DNA of 64,000 bases from Nemertoderma westbladi (taxonomy: Eukaryota > Animalia > Xenacoelomorpha): positions 15,094 through 79,093 of the forward strand of contig JAUCBJ010007165.1 in assembly GCA_032718475.1 (NCBI GenBank). The letters are read 5' to 3'. The notes under the pieces are model-generated. The model was not told the origin of the DNA, ran no database searches, and saw only the letters and a program-made list of their open reading frames with translations. Position 1 is the stretch's first letter, and the number at the start of each line of letters is the position of its first letter. A program made the translations under genes and the position numbers. This document shows, one piece after another, positions 24,893 through 36,100 of this stretch.

Positions 24893-25224
24893 CCTTACAG
24901 GACGACCCCCTCGAATTATACCACGCATTCCATTGATCACATGTGATCGAATTGTATAACGTTGAGGTGTAAAACGAGGGGGTGCCTCCGAGGTTGGGTT
25001 TTCCGCAGAAGAATTGATGGCCGAAGTCGTGGCACTGGCAGGGGGAGAGAAGCTGGGGGGTGTGTTCGCTTCCGTATCCATGGATTCTTCAGAAGCTGCA
25101 CTGGTGGAACCCTCAACTCTCTCCTATGTACAATATTTATCAATAAGAACCTACATTTTATATACATAATATTTACTATACTTAATTGCCTAATGTCACA
25201 TACTTAAATAAATTGTTACAACTG

Positions 25225-25312
25225 CATTGGGTCGATTGAACTTACCTCTGACTGCGTTGACTCCATTGAACTAACATCGGACTGCGTTGTGTTGATTGAA
25301 CCTACCCCTGAC
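25225..25312. repeat. About 3 units of the same 30-bp minisatellite
   Basis: gactccattgaac.acatcggactgc.ttgtgttgattgaacctacccctgac matches the variants at about 14130-14183. Confidence 0.9.
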
Positions 25313-25339
25313 ATTATTACATTGTTTATTACATTACAT

Positions 25340-26685
25340 TGTACATTGTGTGGTACATTATTACATGTTGCTAAACAGTTGTACATTGCGTGGGACATTA
25401 TTACATGTTACGAAACAGTTGTACATTGCGTGGGACATTATTAGATGTTGCTAAACAGTTGGACATTGCTTGGGACATTATTACATGTTACGAAACAGTT
25501 GTAAATTGCGTGGGACATTATTATATGTTACGAAACAGTTGTACATTGCGTGGGACATTATTACATGTTACAAAACAGTTGTAAATTGCGTGGGACATTA
25601 TTACGTGTTACGAAACAGTTGGACATTGCGTGGGACATTATTACATGTTACGAAACAGTTGTACATTGTGTGGGACATTATTAGATGTTACGAAACAGTT
25701 CGACATTGCGTGGGACATTATTACATGTTACGAAACAGTTGTAAATTGCGTGGGACATTATTACATGTTACGAAACAGTTGTACATTGCGTGGGACATTA
25801 TTACATGTTGCTAAACAGTTGTACATTGCGTGGGACATTATTACATGTTACGAAACAGTTGTAAATTGCGTGGGACATTATTATATGTTACGAAACAGTT
25901 GTACATTGCGTGGGACATTATTACATGTTACAAAACAGTTGTAAATTGCGTGGGACATTATTACGTGTTACGAAACAGTTGGACATTGCGTGGGACATTA
26001 TTACATGTTACGAAACAGTTGTACATTGTGTGGGACATTATTAGATGTTACGAAACAGTTCGACATTGCGTGGGACATTATTACATGTTACGAAACAGTT
26101 GTAAATTGCGTGGGACATTATTACATGTTACGAAACAGTTGTACATTGCGTGGGACATTATTACATGTTGCTAAACAGTTGTACATTGCGTGGGACATTA
26201 TTACATGTTACGAAACAGTTCGACATTGCGTGGGACATTATTACATGTTACGAAACAGTTGTAAATTGCGTGGGACATTATTACATGTTACGAAACAGTT
26301 GTACATTGCGTGGGACATTATTACATGTTACAAAACAGTTGTAAATTGCGTGGGACATTATTACGTGTTACGAAACAGTTGGACATTGCGTGGGACATTA
26401 TTACATGTTACGAAACAGTTGTACATTGTGTGGGACATTATTAGATGTTACGAAACAGTTCGACATTGCGTGGGACATTATTACATGTTACGAAACAGTT
26501 GTAAATTGCGTGGGACATTATTACATGTTACGAAACAGTTGTACATTGCGTGGGACATTATTACATGTTGCTAAACAGTTGTACATTGCGTGGGACATTA
26601 TTACATGTTACGAAACAGTTGGATATTGCGTGGGACATTATTACATGTTACGAAACAGTTGTAAATTTCGTGGGACATTATTACA
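25340..26685. repeat. 40-bp satellite (cattgcgtgggacattattacatgttacgaaacagttgta), about 33 copies, with higher-order structure
   Basis: Exact 40-bp period; the variant pattern recurs at 360-bp and 400-bp offsets. Confidence 0.98.
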
Positions 26686-28239
26686 AGGTTGTTGTTACCA
26701 TAAAAAACAAAACAAAAGCTGCTGCCACACCAGCAATTACAACCTGCCATCTTCTCACTGACCTTCTACCATTCACTCTCGCATTCTCAACTTTCTGGTG
26801 GCTATCTGATGACATCATCAGGGTTTCATTATCATTCATAACTAAAGCCTTCTGATTCTCAGAATAACTTACATTTTGGTTCGCCATTAGTTGCAGTATT
26901 AATGTATGAAATTAATCCACAGATAATATTAAATTGAAAAAAGTATATTTGATGTGGACAGTTGAAAAACTGTTTTTTGTAACCTTATTTTAAGGGGGGG
27001 GGGGGTATTGTAATTGACCATTGCATTTTGAAATGCACAGTAGAAGCCAAAAAATAATATTCAATCAGTTCTATTTTTGGAATCGTAAAAAGCAAAGGTT
27101 CAAATATAAGACAATGTTTAAATTTTTCACAAAAATTATTTTTTCACCAAAATATCACCAAAAACACAAAATTTGAAAAATATGCTAAGGCTTCTACAAA
27201 AATAATCAGAATTTTTCAAAACTCCATTAAAGTGATCACTGGGATGCCTGCAACATTTGCAACGGACAAAATTTTGATATCTGCTTAAGAAGTACAAAAA
27301 GCACCAAAAGGGACATTTTTTGGTGCCAAAAAGGTCAAAAATATCAAAATTTCGGAGCATTTAAAAAAAAAAGAGACTTTCAATTCAAAAAAATATTAAA
27401 ATTCTGTTCGTTGCATTTGTTAAGGACCACACAAGCATCAAGCATGCAAACAATTAGTTCATTCTGATCATTTTTGGCAAAGCCTTAGCATTTTTCATTT
27501 TAAAAAAGTGATTTTGAAATAAACGAGTTTAAAGAAAATAATTTAAATATTTTATATTTTATTTCATTTTATATTTTTATAAATATTTTTAATTATTTTT
27601 TTTAATTATTTTTAATTATACATATCTAATTTGTAGTAAGTAAACAGTTAAATAATTATTACATTAATTAGTCTAAGCATCCCATTATATCACATTATCG
27701 TCATTGGCCGTTAACTCTCATCAGATGTTGATATCACAGCTATGAACAAAAATTATTCTGTGAAACTTTCCAAATCGTCAAGAAGTGAGTCACCAAAGAA
27801 GATAAATACGTTTAAGGACGTTTAAGGAATACAGTGATGCGAACTTTAAATTAATTCATGAAGATTGGAAGAATGTTGACTCATTTATTGGAAATTACGT
27901 ATATATGCTACGCACTGCTTGTTATAGGTTTAGGATCAACCGAACTAAAAAAATATCATAAAAAATAAAAATCGTTCTCAGTTCTACCCAGCACAGCACG
28001 GTAGCTGACTGGCGGAAATCATCAACACTTTAACACACTTATCCCTTTATCAGCAATCGGATGTTGAGAATAGTTGATAGTCGAAACCCTGTGCAACATC
28101 GAGTTCCATGTAGCATCGGTAAATGGAGCGCGCGTAAATCCAAATCTCAAAGGATACGGTACATCGGAAAACTCAACTGGTCGAACATTTTCATCTCCTG
28201 GATTAAATAAAACAATAGTAGCATTTAAAGATGTCGCTA

Positions 28240-28672
28240 CATGTTGCTTCCCTAACTTCTATGTCCTTTTTGCTACTCTCTATCCATGATCCAAGGTACT
28301 GGAAGTCGTCGACCTTCCTTAGTTGATTATTATCAATGGTTGTCAAGTTTCCATCAACATTAAAAGTGATGAATTCGGTCTTGGTAGCATATATATGCAA
28401 TCCAACCTCCTTAGCAGCCCTCTCCACTTTATTTAATAGAAGCTGTGCATCTGCTAGCGTATTAGACAGAGCAGGGCAATGTCATCCGCGAAGTCGGTGT
28501 CTGTGACTGTAGTTGCCGGATATCTACTACTTCTGCGTTCTTGAAGTGTGAATCCCATATCTTCATCCTTTCTGGCCGTTCTCATTGCGTAATCAAGTAC
28601 AATTACAAATAGTAATGGTGCTAATGTGTCACCTTGCAGTACGCCAGCCAGGATTGAAAAAAACTCAGTTTC
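28240..28672 (-). mobile_element. RTE LINE RT fragment (second subfamily)
   Basis: ETEFFSILAGVLQGDTLAPLLF, TDFADD, ERAAKEVGL and VDDFQYLGSWI. Confidence 0.88.
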
Positions 28673-29264
28673 TGTGGAAAGAAGGATAACCTTACAACAG
28701 ATCCATTGGAAGTCTTATGGGGAGTCCTTCAGATCTTCATTCGATTATTTATAGTACCAGTACTCTTATATGGACGGTGTTATGTAAAAGGTTGTTATCC
28801 CACATTTTGTCGAAATCGATAGAGGAAAGTGTAATCTACCTAATTTATGAGATCCTATTGCCCAATAATACGAAGAAATGCCTTAAAAATACAAGAAAGT
28901 TAAGACACAGTCCGGATTTGTGATTAGTCAAAGAGTGTTAAACCACAAATAATATTTCAAAAAAGATTTAATCCACATAATAATTGTGTGGCTTGACATC
29001 TTTTGACATCTTTTTGCAAGTATGACACCTTTTGACAATTTAACGTTTTGCCAAATATGAAGTTTTCCAAAAGTGTTGAGCCACATTTTGATCAATATTT
29101 CGGAAACTTGATAAATACTTTAATTTCCATAAATGTTTTCTTATAAAAACACAACAGTGTCTGGATAATACAAAACGATCACACAGGAAGATAAAAACTT
29201 TGACATCGATTATCTCGAATTGAACTTTTGTGGCTTAACACCCTTTTGCATAACCCCGTCCATA

Positions 29265-29655
29265 TGAGAGTCCATGCTGCGCTCTAACTGCAGAGGATAC
29301 CATATCTCTGGATGGCACTTGCACAAGAATGCTGCGCTGGGTTCATTTTGTCAATTACAATGAACACATATCCAATAAAAGTCTTTATACAACAATGGAG
29401 GTGTTTCACTAATCTCCCCTAGCTTGACATTTTAACAATGTAGCCCCCGCTTTGCAGGACATTGCTTTCGCTGTGAGGACCAGCCTGTGCAGAATCTTGT
29501 GCGTTGGCTGCCCCCTGGAGAAAATAAGCATGGTGGACTGCCCATGAGTTTCGTGAGACGCCTCGTAAAGGTCACTGGCCTTGAAGATGCGGATAATCTC
29601 GCGAAAGTCATGTGGATAGGGAGTTGTGGCGATGCGACTTTATTGATAAGCTACC
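29265..29655 (+). mobile_element. Degraded RTE 3' fragment, cut off by the LTR
   Basis: Diverged match to about 190-570. Confidence 0.85.
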
Positions 29656-30866
29656 TGTAAAAGCTTTTGCTGAATTGTCCGGTTATTTTTCCTTATTTTT
29701 CCCGTAAAATACTCTGTAGTTGGTTTACCAGGCATAAAAGGGCCGTGTCCTTGCTGTACTGGTGTTTTAGCGGACATAAAAGCTATTTCTTCTGTATTTG
29801 TACTTTAGAGGACATAATCCGTAATTCCGTGACGTAAAAGCTCGATACTCTTGAAAACAGTGTCGCTACCATGACGACGGCTAGCAGCTGATATTGCCAC
29901 GTCGACGTTTCTTTGTTTCTTTGTTCTCTCGTTGTTCAGGTTGACCAATCAGAGCGTTTGTTGTCTCTGTGTTGGAGGTGTATACAGAAACTCAGTAGTT
30001 CAGTGTTATGTTTTGCCCAGAGCCTAAGAACCGGCTTTTGGCACCTCCGTGTTTTCAGTTTTTAGTCCTACACTAGTAGGCTTAATTATAAGGACATATA
30101 TCCGTTATCTGATGTCTGATGTTTGATGTCTGCATACTGCATACTGCAGTACTGCATACACTGCATACTGTGTAACACTGTGCATACTTTTATATTGTTA
30201 TACTGCTATTTACTGTCAGTTCTTCATAATATGGTTGATGAATTATTATATTTGGAATAACGACAAATAACCCCGAAAACCCAATATTCTTGATATACCG
30301 AAGGTAAGAGAGAAAGGTTACAGATAAATGATTGCGACCTATGTTGAGTGGTTTGAAGTGAATCTAATGTTATTTGATAGACCCTACATGATTCGGTCTG
30401 TGTTCCTTTTATATGTGACTAAAATCAGTGAAGATCGGCAGATCAGTGTGCAGTATTGTGCAGCATTGTGTATGAGTGAGACTGATAACGAAGCATTTCC
30501 TAAAGAATGCGCCATATATGTGAATTGTAACTAAGCCATATCGTTGTGAGTAGTTTAAGTCATAACTCTGTTTGTATAGATAGAGCGCCACGTCCTAAAG
30601 GAACTGTTAATATTCCCCGAAGGTGAATAATATTGTCAGAGATTATATAATACTGTCAGTCGAATAATACATTAGGCTTACATAGCAATAAAATTAAGCC
30701 GTCGAACCCAATCTCCCGGGTATATCCAGCGGGTGAATGATCGCGCACAGATTGGTTTCGACTAGTGTAGTGAATTAAATACTTGTCATAGACTAAAGGT
30801 GATTTATTATCTAGAAGACATCCTAATTTGGCGGGTTAAACTGCCAAAGGTCTGAAAGCGCGAACA
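29656..30866 (+). repeat. 5' LTR
   Basis: tgtaaaagcttttg...gcgcgaaca; contains TGACGTAA (about 29830), CCAAT (about 29945), TATAA (about 30087) and AATAAA (about 30687). Confidence 0.93.
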
Positions 30867-31237
30867 ATAACGGATATCGCTTCTTTATTGCAGTAAGCAA
30901 TAAAGTTGAAAGTACCGGTCAACTGGTAAACTTGAACCGGTACTTCTGTAGGTCAGTAGGCCCAACTGCAAGAACCGGTACTGCTGTAGGCCCGTAGGTC
31001 CAACTGCCAGAACTGGTACTTCTGTAGGTCCGTAGGCCTAACTGTCCTAAACGGTACTTCCCGTATAAGTACATTAGTATTATTCGATTTGATTGTTGTA
31101 TACCGGTAGGTCTTAATAATTAATCAGGGACTGCAGCCCTGGTTTTTTATTGAGATTTTACTTATTTCTGTCAAGTTTTATTTGTTTGTAGGCCAGTATT
31201 GAACAGAAGACGTGTAAGCCTGATCCGATTGTACAGA

Positions 31238-31800
31238 CAATTTGTAGGCTGAGCTGTTGTCTGATTGCTGTTAAGTCTGAACGGATTGCAGTGTGTGTAG
31301 ATCACCTGTCCGATAAAGAACGGTTAGGAAGTAGGGGCAGCGAATGCTGTAAGGTAAACCCCCAATTAAAGAATAAGTCGTACTACTGGGTTAGAACGCA
31401 TACTACCTAATTATTTCGGAGTCTGCATGTCCTGTAGTTTATTTAGGCTTGAGAGTAGTCTGCCATCGTTTAGTCTGTACTTTGTTTGTGAAAGTCTGTA
31501 CGGGTAGCGTATAATTTTATTTAGATAATTTGTAGGCTGGATAGTTGTCTGGCTGTTGTTGGGTCTGAACGGATTGCAGCGTGTGTAGATCACTTGTCCG
31601 ATAAAGAACGGTTAGGAAGTAGGGGCAGCGAATGCTGTAAGGTAAACCCCCAACTAAAGAATAAGTCGTACTACTGGGTTAGAACGCATACTACCTAATT
31701 ATTTTGGAGTCTGCATATACCGTAGTTTGTTTAGGCTTGATGGTAGTCTGTCGGTATTTGGTCTGCATTTTGTTTGAGTAGTTTGTACGCGTAGCGTAAT
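31238..31800. repeat. About 289-bp imperfect tandem duplication in the LTR-element leader
   Basis: gtctgaacggattgcag...gaacgcatactacctaattattt occurs twice. Confidence 0.9.
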
Positions 31801-33127
31801 ATTTATTATTCAGAGTTTATGCGATTATTCGCAACATTCATATTCCCCAAGTTTGTTCCTACAGTAATTGTGTTTGTTATACATACCGTTATAGTTAAAC
31901 TAACCCCGGTACTACACGGGCTGCTTGGCGTAGGTAAAGACTGGTGATTTTGTGCACCGGTCACTCCAGCAGATGCCGTGGTTCTTTTAGCTGTTCAAGT
32001 ATATTTAACTACTGATTATATGTTGTACAAGTACTCGTACCTAATTTAGGGTTTAGTGTACAGTGCTTTCCGAAAGTAATTAGTGTAGGCATTATATTTG
32101 TGTTGTAAAGTGGTTGATAGGCACGTTCGATTAGCTCTATTAACTTCTAGGTAGGAACACTCCGTGATACATAACGTAGAACCTATAGCGATACGGCTAT
32201 AGGTCGTCAGGCGGTGGTATTTTCCTATCTGGACAACGCAGTGTACTTACTACTACTTATTATTTCAAATACCGTAGTACCCTGTCCGTTGTAATAACCA
32301 GATTCTAACCCTTTGTTAGGCTGGTTTGTAGACTTCTTGTAAAATTACCCTAAAAATTCGTATTTTGTGTTTTTGTAAATTTTTGTGTTTATTTAGAGAT
32401 TGTAATCTCACCCGAATTGTACGTAATTTGTAGTATTAAGTAACTTAGGTAAATTAGAATTATTTGTTTTAGTGTCCTATAAGTAACACTTCACTGAAAG
32501 CGCACCGCTTTGTGTAGTGATTACTCCCCAGAAATAATAACATTTATTTCAAACATTGACAAAACCCATTAAAGGGTATATATATATTATAAATCAACTC
32601 AAACGATTTATAAATAGTAGGCCTACCATACAACCATTAGGTCTCCATATCAGTTGGTCTACTGCTCAAATAGCGGTAATAAAGTAAGTAAAGTAACCAA
32701 GTAACCCTAAAAATTCAGAAATTCAATTATTTAAAATAATTGATATACCGGTATTTACGATAGGCCTATTATCTTTATTTCTATAAATTTAGGCTGAAAT
32801 TATACCGGTACTTGTAATTAATTCTAGTCCAGAATTATATATACTACAAACTGTAAGCTGTATACCGGTATTCCCGATAGGCCTATTATATATTTATATA
32901 TATTTGTGCTAAAATTATACCGGTATTCTGTGATAAACCTAGTCTGTAATAATACTTATATAGTTATATATACTATAAGCATACCGGTATTCTAATATAT
33001 TATATATATATCACGCTACACTGAGTAGCAGTATCGGTAATTAATTACTAGGCTAGCAGTTAATACTGAATTACTAGACTTGCTTAGACTGTAATATAGC
33101 AGTAGGCATCCAACTGTACAAACAAAC

Positions 33128-36100
33128 ATGACTGCCACAAGGCAAACTCTGTCAGATAGTCTCCTAGAAACAACAGTCTGTTTCTCAGATAGGAGTATAG
33201 AGTATCCCAGACCGAGGTCTGAAACCCCTCCTACTGTAAGAAAGACAACCCCTACAGTAGCTGTGTCAGAACCTAGGTTAGTAGAAGCAATTTCGCAATT
33301 CGCGAAGTTAGTGAAGCGCCGTAGGTCTATCATCGGTACTCGAGCTCAGGTCAAGCGGGACCAAGAAGCAGCGGAACCGCAACAACCCGCGAGCCAAGAA
33401 CTTACTTCTCAACGGCCTGATAGCTCCAGTAGTTCGGATACTGATGAGCGGACGCCCGAATGCGGAGCGAAGATGGTGGATAAGGTTTATGATGAGCGGC
33501 CAACCTATGAAGAATCAACCGACACCACTTCTTCTCAAGAAGAAAGCGAAGGGACAGCGGAGGGGCCGCGAAAGAGAGATGCCATTGACATCTATCTGTC
33601 AGACTATCAACGCTTTGTGGGAGATGAAGAGTTGAGGAGAAGGCTGGAGGGGCTTAGCCCTAATAGTGAAGGAACCAAGCTTGTGCTGGACGCAATTGAT
33701 GCGGAAATGTTAGCGGCGAACCAAGCTAAATTTGATGAACTCCTCCGCATCAATAGAGTTCAAGAAGAGCAAGTAAAGAAAAAACTTATAGAAGACAAAA
33801 AGAAAATAGCAGCGACCTTGGCAGAAGCAGCGGCAAAGGCAAAAGCGGCAGCGGCAGAGGCAAAAGCAGAAGCCGAGGCAAAGGCAAAAGCGGCAGCGGC
33901 AGAGGCAAAAGCGGCAGCGGCAGAGGCAGTGGCAGAAGCCGAACGGAGAGCGACTGAAGAAACCACCCAACTAGAATTGGAATACATTCAGGAGAATCAA
34001 GACTGCATAAATAAACAGTTAACAGCTAGTAATATGCAGATGATGAATCGATCTACTCCCAAAAGACAGGGATATACATCATCTGAGGAAGGCGATACCA
34101 CCGATACTGAAGGCAAAGGAAATAGATCTCGTCTAAGCAGACGTAAAAGAACATTCCACCGTCAGAAATTGCCTGATTTGCCTCCAGCTGTTAGAAGGCA
34201 ACTAAATAACAACAACTTAGGTAGTACAGAGCCCACAGACCAAATAATTCAAATAGAAAGACTCCCTACTATAGTAGATGAGCCTGAAATAATTGGGCCT
34301 GTTCTTGAAATCACCCCTTCGGTGATAGACACACCTGTGCTCCCTGAAACTACCTCTAAATTCCCTCTGCATAGCACTAAGCTACCTGTGCCCCGTAGAA
34401 CTGCCCAGGAGACAGTTCAGGTCCTGGACCCCGAGCGAAATATTCATGGTTTGTCGCCCGTTGTCCCTCGTCCGCCCGCTACAACGTTGGCGACTCCCGC
34501 TTCGGCGGTCGAATGGGTGGACGAGAGACGGCGGGGGATGGATCTTCTGCTCGGGCAGATGCAGGAGACTGTCCAGCAATTCAAGGGCACAGTAAGGGAA
34601 AGTAGGCTAGAGTTGCAAGAAGTGCAGCAAAGTATCGCGCTAAAATGCGATAAATTAGTAAATTTACAAAAGGGTATATCACCACCCCTTGTAACAATGT
34701 GTCAACCTGTTAGGTCTGAAGTATCTCATGCGCAAGGTGTGGAGCCTACACGCATCTATACTGCTAGCGAAGTAGAAACTCCTATAGTGAACCCTATTAA
34801 GGGTAATTATAAACCTGTTGATAATGACATTCCCTATAGACCTGATCATAATCCGAGAAATTTATATACCGATAACTCGATATTAAATAACACGATGGCC
34901 CAAGAAAGTTTTACGCGTCAAATGGCTAGAACCGAAGCCCGTCAAGCGGTGAAGGTGGGAGAGATAGTCAAGTTCAATGGAGATGAGATGAAATGGTTAC
35001 CTTTTAATGAATATTACAAAGATAACATACAGAACTCTGTGCTATCTAATGGAGAGAAACTTAGATGCCTCATCGAGTGCTTGGAAGGATCTCCCAAGTC
35101 AATGGCGTTAAAATTTATTGGACATCCAGATGGATTAAGACAAGTTTGGGATACACTAAACATCAGGTATGGTAATAGGACTAACATAGCTAGGTATTTA
35201 TATGCGAAATTAATGGCGCCCCGAAAGTTTCTTAGCAGCGGGATTATAGAGTTTTCCGATGAGATTCAGGAGATCTGTAGACAACTAGATTGGTTAGGTA
35301 AGTCTCATGAATACCAGAATTCTATGGTTGTAGGAGCCTTAGCATCTACTTTGCCCAAGGGTGGAGTAGGTACACGCTGGGACAAGAAGGTGTTATATAT
35401 GATGGAACAACAACGACGAGACCCTACCATGACTGATCTCATGTCATTCTTAGATAGAGAAGTGAAATTACAGCTCCTAAGGCAGTCCAGAGAGAAGACA
35501 TGGGAAAACAAGGTAAGTGAGAAACCCGTTTCTAGGAGAAGGGTAACACCAGTATGTTATACCGACGACGGTGAAAGCCAAACTTCTCAAGGAGAGGACA
35601 GCGGGAAAGACACAGACAGCGACCTTACCTTAACTACTTCCGATCAACAACCATCTTGGAAAGCGCCAACTTCCAATGTAGGAATCCGAGAATTTCCTGT
35701 AGTCCAGTTACGGGTCCACGGACCTCAGAAGAGCTATATAGTGAACGCCCTCCTGGACTCCGGTAGCACAGGAACATTCATCGATAAAGAACTAGCCGAA
35801 GTCATCTTTGCTGGACAACCCAAGTTCCGAACCAAGCTAAACATGTCAGGGATCATGCAGGTTTGGAATTCTACTGTAGCTGCCGACTATTATATAGGTG
35901 AGTTGTCCACTCCACAGGATAAACTAGGAGAATACAGTATAAGGTCAGTAAAAATGGTGGCAATAAAGAACTTCGCTACCACCCAAGTTGAACCTTATAA
36001 TTGGGACGGAGATGATCATGCCCAACAACTTAACATCCCTAGATTCGACACCGATTATCCTGGAGTACAAATATTAATCGGTCAAAACGCGCATGAGGCG

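Larger units (their letters stand above)
17774..25081 (-). mobile_element. Decayed Helitron-like rolling-circle element ORF (OTU, Cys/His-rich region, HUH Rep, Pif1 helicase) with multiple frameshifts/stops
   Basis: Chain of collinear minus-strand ORFs carrying OTU, Rep motifs I-III and SF1B helicase motifs in Helitron order. Confidence 0.85.

Noticed and set aside
25340-26685. CRISPR-like regular array
   Set aside because: Contiguous 40-bp units with no unique spacers, no cas genes, and a eukaryotic context; it is a satellite. The same applies to the 30-bp and 51-bp arrays.
30328-30591. Small ORFs repeated at 40627-40890
   Set aside because: Identical only because they lie in the two LTRs; no coding signature.
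33440-33475. Hammerhead-like CTGATGA core
   Set aside because: Inside the gag ORF, with no GAAA core or flanking helices evident.
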